Origin: Rhodosorus marinus CCMP1338 | Lineage: Eukaryota; Plantae; Rhodophyta | Assembly: GCA_029953675.1 (NCBI GenBank) | Contig: JAMWBK010000004.1 | Span: 3,127,942-3,191,941 of the forward strand | Length of the DNA stretch: 64,000 nt | Direction: 5' to 3' | In this document: one piece after another, positions 38,987 through 48,286 of the stretch | Layout of the letters: the number at the start of each line of letters is the position of its first letter | How positions within the stretch are numbered: the first letter of the stretch is position 1 | Notes under the pieces: model-generated | What the model was told of the DNA's origin: nothing | Seen by the model: the letters and a program-made list of their open reading frames with translations, nothing else | Databases searched by the model: none | Program-made: the position numbers and the translations under genes

Positions 38987-40847
38987 GGCCTCGCACCGTT
39001 CCTAAAGGCTCTGCGAACAAAGTTCTACGATCTAACGATTGTCGCTATCCATGACGATATTACCATCGTAGGACCCCTACAGGAACTGAAACAAGCACTA
39101 GCCTGGAGCCGAACTATGCTCCCAGCTCTTGGGGCCCGCCTGAAACTCAACAAATGCACGCTCTACAGCCGAGCATTGACGACGGCACGCGTCATCAATC
39201 GCGAGATACCTGACGTATATGTTACCCGAGAAGGCGTCACAATCCATTCTATCCCGCTAGGAAACCGGCAATACATCGAGCACGAGTGCCATGCGCTTCA
39301 AAATAGGCACGAAAGGCTCATCAAGGAAATAGCACAGCTACTGCAACATGAACTTAACACACAGGTCGCATTGCTCAGGTACTGCGCTGAAACGCGCCTA
39401 GATTATCTTCTACGATGCCTAGCCTACCCGTTCGGCCGCAGTCTGGCTTGGGAGGCGGATACCACGACCAGATATCACCTGGAAACCCTGCTCGGCGGCC
39501 TCGCTACCTCTGCCATGGAGGACGAGGAGTACCTGGAACACCCCTGGGAACAGATTGCGCTGCCATGCCGGTGGGGGGGGATTGGGGTTCGCTACTCGAC
39601 GGCGTATCCAGCCTATCGCATACTACTCGGCTTGGACAAATACCTTTCGAAGCAATGCAAGAGACTGGCCTTACATCACTGAGCTGCAGAGGCAGGTTTA
39701 TACAGACATAACTCCGGCTACGGACACCGCGACACGACTACGATGGTCCACAGAACAGCTCGCAGACCAGATCTGATCATCTGCTCGAGCGATACAACGT
39801 AGACTGCGCCCCCAAACTGCGCCCCGGATCAGAAGACTTGCCACCCTGCAGCAGACGAGGGAAAACCACCCAGGAGACGCCCCAGAAGAATGCGGCGATT
39901 GGAATAATGGTTCTACACAACAAATTCTCTCTCGGGAGGCACGCCATTCGGCATTCCAACGCCTGGTGAACAATCCGCGCGTCTCCGGGGAATATCGTGC
40001 TCGTATCAGGTCCGCGGCGGGCTCTGGATCGGGAGTCTGGCTGCGAGACTGCCGACTTCGGAGCGAAAAAGCTGAGCTCAACGGAAATGCAGGTTAATAT
40101 CCGACAACTACTGGGGCTACCGATTCCGGGGCTGCGGACTACGGAGAAGTGTACTCGATGCCGTGGTAAACACGATGCAAATGGAGTACAACGCTTTCAT
40201 CATTGCCCCACGTCGACTGGGCTGTGGCAACGTCTGCATGACGAGATATGCCCGCAGATCGCAAGGTGGCTGAACAGGTGGAACTTTCTAGACATCGAAC
40301 AGGAGCCAGAGAAGTACTTTGAAAACTACGGGCTACGGCCAGACATTATTGCTACGCATCCGAGGACATTCGAACGGTATGCGCTGGGCGTGACGGTTGT
40401 GTCCCCTCTGCAAGGGAAGTATCTGAGGCGTAGTGAGGGGGAGAATGGATATGTAGCAAGATGTGCAGAGAGCTGGAAGAAAGCGCACTACAAGGAGGCG
40501 ATGACGATAGAGCACCCGGATGACAAGTTCATCCCAATTGCGATAGAAACGTTTGGGCGGACGGGAAATATGGCACAGGAGTTTCTGCAGGACAGCTGCA
40601 AACACCTATTGCACAGGAGCGAGGAGCTGAGCGATGTAAGATCGCATATCAACCGGCAACTGTGGCGAGGTAATGCGGAGATAGCGATAGGCGCTCTGCG
40701 AGTGGACCAGTTGGAGAATCCACTGGTCCCTGTTTTTTCTTTAGAACGTAGCATGAGACCCCGGTAGCGGGGTTCGAGTAAGTATTCCCCTAGATAGCGA
40801 CAGAAGTAGTGTTACGCTGCAGTAGGCAGCTACCCAGTAAAGTTTAC
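38987..40847 (+). mobile_element. 5'-truncated non-LTR retrotransposon, family A (RT C-terminal half, zinc knuckle, REL endonuclease), frameshifted
   Basis: AIHDDIT at 39044-39064, LNKC, WGG.G, CTRC...HHC, RPDII, FIPIAIETFG. Stop 40767; 3' end joins GGTTAGG. Confidence 0.92.
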
Positions 40848-40935
40848 GGTTAGGTTAGTCTGGGGTTTGTCTGGAAAGTTTACGGTTGCGTTAGTCTTGG
40901 TCTGGGGATTGTTTGGATTAGTCTGGGTCTGGAAA
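40848..40935 (+). repeat. Degenerate telomeric repeats separating tandem elements
   Basis: GGTTAGGTTAGTCTGGGG, GGTTGCGTTAGTC, GTCTGGGG and TTAGTCTGGG variants. Confidence 0.8.
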
Positions 40936-42972
40936 GCACAGCTTGTTCGTGGTGAGAAGCAGGAGGAAAGCATTTCCAACGTTGGTGAGCCCCCCCCCGT
41001 GGGGGAGGAAAACCCAAGCAGTGAGAGTGCCCAGCGGGGTGACAATTTCCGTCTCGTTGATCCGCTTGAGGAGGGGGAACTCGACGAAAGCCAAGTGCAG
41101 TATATACCTGAGGTTGCACACTGTGATTCTCCAACGGAAACAATGGACACTGCGTCCACGGTTCAAGAAGAGGAATTTCTACAGGACTTCATGGATAAGG
41201 TCTCGAAGTACACCGCCCTTTACGAAGATGTTGGGGTGGAAGCTGCAGAGATGCAGCGATTTTTTGTCAATGTCGATCGTTTATACACCAGGGCAGGCAC
41301 AACCGCCGATCTGAAGGGGATCAACGATCATCTGGAGCGGTTGGGTGCAAACCCCATGCTGTGGAACCCTTCAGAAGTGCGCAACGCAGGGCACCAGCGT
41401 CGTGGACAGAACGCGAAGATACCCTATCAATGTTGGAGTCAATCCAGAGATCAATGAACCGAGCTGTTTGGGATGGGACACCGTGAGCAACAAGACACCC
41501 TGGGACAACCGCAATTAGGACAGCAGACTATGGGACAGTCGAATGTGGGGCAACAGACTCCGGGACAGCCCGGGGTGGGACAGCAGGATCTCGCATTTCC
41601 CGCCCCAGGACATACCGCTCCCAGTGGCACCTACGCACAGCGTGCGGCCAAGGCAGCCGGCATGCGTCAACAGACAGCCCTCCGACAACTGCACGCCACG
41701 GTTGGAGGGAGTAGATGGGGCCCTGATACACACCCGGTGCTCGCGACGTTGCGCAACGTACGCCCGCCGCGCAACGAATTGGTGGCGCTCTCGGATTACA
41801 AACAAGTCCTGTGCACAGCGTTGGGTATTCCGGTACACCTGATTGCACATATCGATTTTGTTGCCACCCACGCACTGCTGGTATGTCATCCTGGCGCGAT
41901 ACCGTTGATCACCAGCGCCATTGCGAGGGGAGTGTTCCGCTCAGGTGTGTTCGGATCCTTCGCGAGACGCCGCCAAGATCACCAGGTAACAATACACACC
42001 GGAGTCGAGCCAGAAGCGCGCAACCTGATTGGGTACAATGAGAGGCTCACACTGCAGCCACATGAAGTTAGCCAACGCACACTTGAACGAGCCATTGAAC
42101 AGATGGAGAGAGTTAAGCGCCTGATTTCCCTGCGGTCGATGCCGTTCACTACCTCGGCTTCCATACATGCGCACCTGGAAGCTCGCATGGAGTATCTGCG
42201 CTCGTGCCTCGAGTCGCAGGAACCCGCAGCCCAGCGCCTACTGTCACGGAAGGAGAGAGTGAGATCCCCATGCAGGCAGGAGCCGATAACGAAGGTGCAC
42301 TGATCCCTGAAGTCACACCGGGCAATGCACAAAATGAATTACCGCCAGATATTGGACCCTCTGAAACTTCGGGTACCGGCAGCCCAGAGGCCCAGCCGAG
42401 CAGTATGGAAGTGGTTCATGATGAAAATACCCCCCCCCACCGACGAGACACGATCTCTCAAGAAGCCGAGACAGGAGGATACCCCATCTGCGCCCGAAAA
42501 CGCCCAATCATGTTCGTCCCAGGTTCGAGAAAGCGGTCGCGAGACACCGCGCTGATCACCACGGATCCAGAGGCTTGGGAACAACGGCTTCACATGTTCC
42601 TAGTTGCGCACACGGATGACGGCCGCCGCTGGTGGATGGTCACACATAGCCCCGTACGGACCCGTGAACACGTACCTAATGCCCAGGTCAAGCATTGGAA
42701 CCTACTACTCCACCGTGCTCTAGGTCTCGCATTGAACACTGCAGCGGCTCCGCTTTTACGCCTCTTCATCATGGCACTACCTGGCCTGGCGCTAGGGATC
42801 TGTGATCTTCAGACCGGGGAACAAATGGGGCATCTCTTGGAGGGGTGATTTCTCAGTTGTATGGAAGGCGTTAAATGTGGCGGCCACCAGTCAGCCCTCT
42901 CCTCGTGAGAGGAGAGCGGATAACCAGAGACATACATGGAAGGATAAACAGGTTGTGAAGCTTGCACGTCTC
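40936..42972 (+). mobile_element. 5' part of a telomere-targeting element (ORF1 with in-frame stop and frameshifts; ORF2 start at ATG 42510), cut off at the Ty3 LTR
   Basis: ORF1 core QLHATVGGSRWGPDTHPVLATLRNVRPPR is shared with ORFs at 55902 and 58682. ORF2 N-terminus TDPEAW...WWMVTHSPVRTREHVP...KQVVKLARL. Confidence 0.88.
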
Positions 42973-43267
42973 AACAGCCAGCTGGGTATTACTCAAATTA
43001 TTCCATATTTCGAGTTTTATTCCCCCCCCTAATTACTCCCAAATTAGGTAATATATCCCAATTCTATCTTGTTCTTCTCTATCTTCTCCTTGTCTTCTCT
43101 CCAGCTAACCTGGGAATATCGAGTTTGCCCATCGTACTTATACTCTTGCTCCATCGGGATGTGCAATAACGATTAAGCTCAAAAGGGTGTTGCACCTCCA
43201 GAGATTTTGGCACAGCCCGAGCATAATTTTGCATAGCCGGACATTGCTGGAAGGTGGAGACGTCACA
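42963..43267 (-). repeat. 3' LTR of the Ty3/gypsy element
   Basis: Near-identical to 47996-48286; terminal inverted repeat TGCACGTCTC...GAGACGTCACA. Confidence 0.9.
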
Positions 43268-46200
43268 TCCCTCCCACCGAAGAAGAAGCGCGGGGTCGGG
43301 CAGATTCTGCAGCACGATGAAAAATCATGTAGTAGCGAATTTGCCTTTTTGTAGCAGAGGTGTGTGGCAACTGGTGAGCTGCAATCCATCGAGCATCAGC
43401 TACAGTTTCACCCTCGAAGTATACCATATATTCGCTGGTTCCCTCTGGTTTCATACGATGACCAAGTACGGATGCGATTTCGCCTCCAGTCGCTGCTTCA
43501 GCTACCAACTCGGGTATGTCGGGTTGTACGTTGTCGGGAGAACCGACAACTTTCCTCAGCAGGGAAACGTGGAACGTTGGATGTACCTTCATTTCGGTTT
43601 GTAACTGCAGGGTATAAGCGACATTGTTCACCTTACGCTGGATTCTGAAGGGTCCGATGTATCGAGGTCTGAACGGTTTGGGATCTCGTAGCTGCAAGTT
43701 CGTGGTTGATAAGAGCACCATTTCGTCAGGGAAAAACTCAGGGTCTCGCCTTCCCGCGTCGTAGCGGATTTTCTGTACTTGCTTTGCGTACAACATGTTG
43801 TTCCTTGCTGCCATGTATTGATCCTGCTGATGCCGTAGCAAGGCTTCGGCTGCTTCGGGTATTGGTGAAGTGGTAGCTTCCTCTGCACGTGGTACTATGA
43901 ATGCTCCGGGTAACTCGGGGTTTCGGCCGTACAAAAGTTCAAAAGGTGAGTACTTAGTAGATTCCGAGATTTGCGTGTTGTAGACCAACTCCGCCATGGG
44001 AAGATCTGCGGCCCATGTAGTTCGGGTACTGTTGCATCGGAGGTATGTCTCCAACGTCTGATTGACTCGCTCCGTTTGTCCGTCCGTTTGCGGGTGATAG
44101 GCTGTACTCAAATTCGTTCTGACCTTAAGTATACCCATCAGTCGTTGCCAGAATAGGCTGGTGAACTTAGAATCCCGGTCTGAAATTATGGTTCGGGGTA
44201 ATCCCGCGAACCGTACCCAGTGTTCGAAGAATAATTCTGCCGTTTTCGCCGCATCTGCGTCCGTCCGGGTTGGTATAAATTTCGAATATTTTGTGAAGCG
44301 ATCGACAATTACTAGGATTGCATCAGCTCCCGATGTAGTCATGGGAAGACTAACGATGAAATCCATGGTGATGTCCTGCAACTTTGTTTCTGGTACAGGT
44401 AGCGGCTGTTGAAATCCTTGTTATGCCAGGAGTGGTTTCTGCTTTTGGCAGATTTCGCACTTTCCAACCATTGATTGAACGTCATCCCTCATTGTGCGCC
44501 AATAATAACGTCTCTTCAAAAGGTTGACTGTTTTATGAAGACCGAAATGTCCTCCCGTGGGTTCCTCATGATATCGCCGTAGTAAGTCCGGTACGAATTT
44601 CTGGGGCACACATACTCGATGGTGCCTGAACAATATGTCTTGCTTCTTCCGAAACCCTTGTTCCACATATTTGTTAGCTTCCAGATGAATTGCTTCGAAG
44701 TCAGGGTCCTGTGCGTAGGCTTCCGACCAGTTTTCATAAGGTAGAACGCTGTACATCGCCAACTGGTTGATTGCTCCCCGGCTGAGTGGGTCCGCAATAT
44801 TTTCCGCCCCTTTCTTGTATTCGATATCGAAGGAAAACGGCATTAAGCGATTCACATATCTCGCCTGTCTCTTGGTAAGCTCCTTTTGCGAGTGTAGAAA
44901 ACGCAAAGGGTTATGGTCGGTGCGAAGCACGAAGCGTTGCGCCTCTATATATGTCCGCCAGTGTAGTATTGCCAGGGTCAACGCGTATAACTCTCGTTCG
45001 TACGTTGAATATTTTTCCTCCGTAGGAGTAAACCTCTGGGAGTAGTACGCGATCGGGTGTTCTCCGTCTTCAAACGTCTGTAGTAGTACTGCGCCCATTC
45101 CCTTGTTACTAGCATCGGTACAAATCGTAAAGGGTTTATCGAATTCCGGGTTACGCAGAACCGGCTGCTGCTTCAGTTTCTCTCGTAGGGTATCAAAAGA
45201 TTCTTGTTCCTCTGGTCCCTACTGAAAATCCACGTTTTCCTCGTAAGGTTGGTGAGAGGTGCTGCTACAAGGCTAAACTTGGGCACGTAGTTTCGTAGAT
45301 ATCCGGTGAAGCCCAGAAAAGACCTTACGTCATGTACATTCCGCGGAATCTCCCAATTCGTTAAGGCGGCAACCTTGCTGGGATCGGGTTGGCGTTGTCC
45401 ACTGCCTACTATATGTCCCAGATACTTAGTCTCCGGCACTCCGAATACGCACTTCGATCGCTTTGTATACAGCTTGTTAGCTCGTAACTTCGTAAAAACT
45501 TTGGCTAGGTGCTGCTTGTGGTCAGCCATATTCGAAGAGTATATAATGATATCGTCAAAGAAGATAGTGACGAAGTCATTCAACTCATCGAAGAAGATGC
45601 TGTTGAGCAATCGAGTAAACACCGCAGGAGCGTTTGTGAGACCAAACGGCATCACTAACCACTCGTAAAGACCAAATGGCGTCGTGAACGCTGTTTTTGG
45701 AATGTCCTTCTTCTCCACGCGTAGTTGCCAGTAACCACTCCTCAAATCGATCACACTGAGATGTGTGGCTTTGCCGAGAGCATCTAGACAATCGTCTATC
45801 CTTGGCGGGCTGGTCTTGTTGACGATGGTTGCCTGGTTCAGTTTGCGGTAATCGATGCACAATCGCCGCCCACCATCTTTTTTGTCCACAAAAAGACAGG
45901 GTGAAGCAAAAGGCGACGAGCTAGGTCGAACGAGGTTTTTGCTCAGCAAATCTTGTAGTTGAGTTTTCAGATCCTTCTGATCTGCAAGACTCATTCGGTA
46001 TGGTCTTTGGGATGTTGGTTCAGTTCCCGGTTTCAGATCAATTGTAAAGTTGACGTTTCGCCAAGGGGCCAGGTTCTTAATGTCTTCCACAAAAACGTCA
46101 CCGTATTTATCCGTAATAAATTCCTCCAGATCTTTCGCCTCTTCCAGTCGTTTTTGTGTAAATTTCGTTATATTTTTGATTTCGGGTTCCTCCAATGTTT

Positions 46201-46974
46201 CACCTCTGACCAACTTCGTTTGATTCGTTACATTTTTCTGGTTCTGCACAACTAATTTTTCAGTAATGTCTTCACAAGGTGCTTTTCAAGGTTTCCTTCT
46301 GTGTAGTTGTCTAGGCTTTCCTCCGTATAATTTTCAGGTTCTGAGTGCTCAGGTTGTTTGTCGGGTTGTTCAGGTTCTACTTCAGGGTTTTGTTCAGGTT
46401 CGGCTTCAGGGTTTTGTTCAGGTTCTTCTTCATTGTAATTCTCCGGGTTTTCAGGGTTGTGTTCAAGGTGAGCAGCAGAACATTCAGCTGCTTCTGGTTG
46501 ATTTTCTGGTTCTTCAGGATTTTCTGGTTCTTCGGGATTTTCTGGTTCTTCGGGATTTTCTGGTTCTTCAGGATTTTCTGGGTTATTTCCTTCGTTGGGG
46601 TTCAGTGTCAGCGCCTGGTTTGATAGATCGAGTTGCGCCTTATATTTGTGGAGGAAATCTCTTCCCAGATACCCTGGGCTTGTGGCGTCTTCTACAACGT
46701 AAGGTCGCCAGTTGAAGCTGTGACCGCCCAGTTGTAAGGTTACCTTGGCTTCGCCCAAGATGCTTATGGATGTGCCTGGCGAGGCCGTGTCCAATTTCCC
46801 GTGTTGGGTTGAGATAATTGGAGCAGCATCTGGAATACCTCTCAAAACAGAATGACTGCTGCCGGTATCAACTAAGAGAGAAATCTCTCGACCTTTGATC
46901 CGCCCAACTAGTGTCATATCTGCCGTCAATGGGATCGAGACGCCTGGGTCGGCAACAGTGTCGGCGTGTGTCAC
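43263..46974 (-). pseudogene. pol: Ty3/gypsy Pol (PR-RT-RH-IN-chromodomain) broken by two frameshifts and two in-frame stops
   Basis: ORF pieces 46252-46974, 45173-46249, 44421-45098 and 43263-44381. TAG replaces the conserved W near 45220; in-frame TAA at 44421-44423. Confidence 0.88.
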
Positions 46975-47684
46975 TGCCGCCCCTCGTTTAACTGTTGGGT
47001 TCGTGGAGGTGTAGACTTCGAGACTGTCGGGTCCCGATCAGGGTTGTTCCAGCAGATCCTTTGTGTATGCCCCTTCTTCCCGCAGTAGTTGCAAACAATG
47101 TTGGTGTAGTTACGCTTCTGCAGCGCTTGCGTTCCGGGTTGGTAAATGCGTCCAGACCTGGTTCCCCTGCTTACAGTGGTCTGGGGCGTTGCCATTTTTT
47201 TGGGAAATTTCTCTTCCCGTCTGGAAGGTTGGCTGGCTGCCTCAGCTCCCTCAATTTTTAGGGCAAGTGCCTGTGCCGCCTCAAAATCCTGCACGTCCTG
47301 TATGTAGATGTATTTCTTGACCTCGGGTTTAAGGCCTTCGACGAAGCGGTCGAATTTCTCTGAATCAGAAATTTCTCCAACCTGGATCAGACATTTGTTG
47401 AAATATGCGGAATATGCTGCTACACTCGTTTTCTGCTCTGCCCGTGCGAGTTGCTGTTTCGCGCGGATCTTAGCGTCCGCTGGGTAGAATTGCGACTTTA
47501 AAGCATCCTCAAATCCAGCGTAGCGCGTGGGTTTTTGCGATTCAGGTATCAGGGACCACCAATACGAAGCGTCGCCAGTGAGATAGCCCTCTGCGAGGGT
47601 AATCTTGTAGTCGTCGTCGTCGTCAGGCAGACGAGCCAACTTAAAATACGTGCGTAGGCTATTCAAGAAGGTACTGATAGTCAA
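46971..47684 (-). CDS. gag: Ty3/gypsy Gag (N-terminus degenerate, extends upstream to about 47846)
   Basis: PKPYDGRRDA upstream, YLTGDASYWW, FVEGLKPEVK, CCHC knuckle. Confidence 0.9.
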   Translation of the reverse strand: MTISTFLNSLRTYFKLARLPDDDDDYKITLAEGYLTGDASYWWSLIPESQKPTRYAGFEDALKSQFYPADAKIRAKQQLARAEQKTSVAAYSAYFNKCLIQVGEISDSEKFDRFVEGLKPEVKKYIYIQDVQDFEAAQALALKIEGAEAASQPSRREEKFPKKMATPQTTVSRGTRSGRIYQPGTQALQKRNYTNIVCNYCGKKGHTQRICWNNPDRDPTVSKSTPPRTQQLNEGRQ

Positions 47685-47995
47685 AGCATCGCGCCGCCCG
47701 TCATAGGGTTTCGGTTGCGGAGCCCTGGATCTTGATTAGCGACGGCATTCTGGGTTTATCTCGAATGCAGGTTCAGGTATCAAATTGTCAGGATCAGCTT
47801 TTTCTGGTTTTCTGGTTTCTCAAAAGGTCTCTGGTTGCGGGCTCATATTCGTCAGGGTTTCTGGTTATATAGGATTCCTCTGGTTCAACTGGTTATATAG
47901 GATTCCTCTGGTTCTTTTCTGGTTCTAGTAGTACTGGGCTCACTTTTCAGGTTCGCATAATGGTTCCTCAATCGCAACTTGCGATGAGACCAGAT

Positions 47996-48286
47996 TTCAC
48001 GTCTCCAACAGCCAGCTGGGTATTACTCAAATTATTCCATATTTCGAGTTTTTCCCCCCTAATTACTCCCAAATTACGTAATATATCCCAATTCTATCTT
48101 GTTCTTCTCTATCTTCTCTCCAGCTAACCTGGGAATATCGAGTTTGCCCATCGTACTTATACTCTTGCTCCATCGGGAGGTGCAATAACGATTAAGCTCA
48201 AAAGGGTGTTGCACCTCCAGAGATTTTGGCACAGCCCGAGCATAATTTTGCATAGCCGGACATTGCTGGAAGGTGGAGACGTCACA
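47996..48286 (-). repeat. 5' LTR of the Ty3/gypsy element
   Basis: Matches the left LTR apart from about two substitutions, a homopolymer difference and a ~12-bp indel. Confidence 0.9.

Larger units (their letters stand above)
42963..48286 (-). mobile_element. Ty3/gypsy LTR retrotransposon with chromodomain (chromovirus), full-length but disrupted
   Basis: LTRs 42963-43267 and 47996-48286. Gag CNYCGKKGHTQRIC, protease LLVDTGS, RT FFDDII, RNase H TDAS/DHNPL, integrase HHCC plus ITMDF, GPY/F, chromodomain-like EYMVYFEG...ARW. PPT about 43268-43278; PBS-like 47981-47992. Confidence 0.95.

Noticed and set aside
40867-40945. Hydrophobic signal/TM-like N-terminus of ORF 40867-41457
   Set aside because: It is a translation of degenerate telomeric repeats from a non-ATG start, upstream of the real ORF1 homology.
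46240-46270. Programmed recoding between protease and RT in the Ty3 element
   Set aside because: One extra A in a short A-run restores the frame, and the copy has other lesions; error or decay is more likely.
47993-48286. Tf1-type self-priming of the chromovirus
   Set aside because: No complement of the post-LTR sequence was found inside the LTR.
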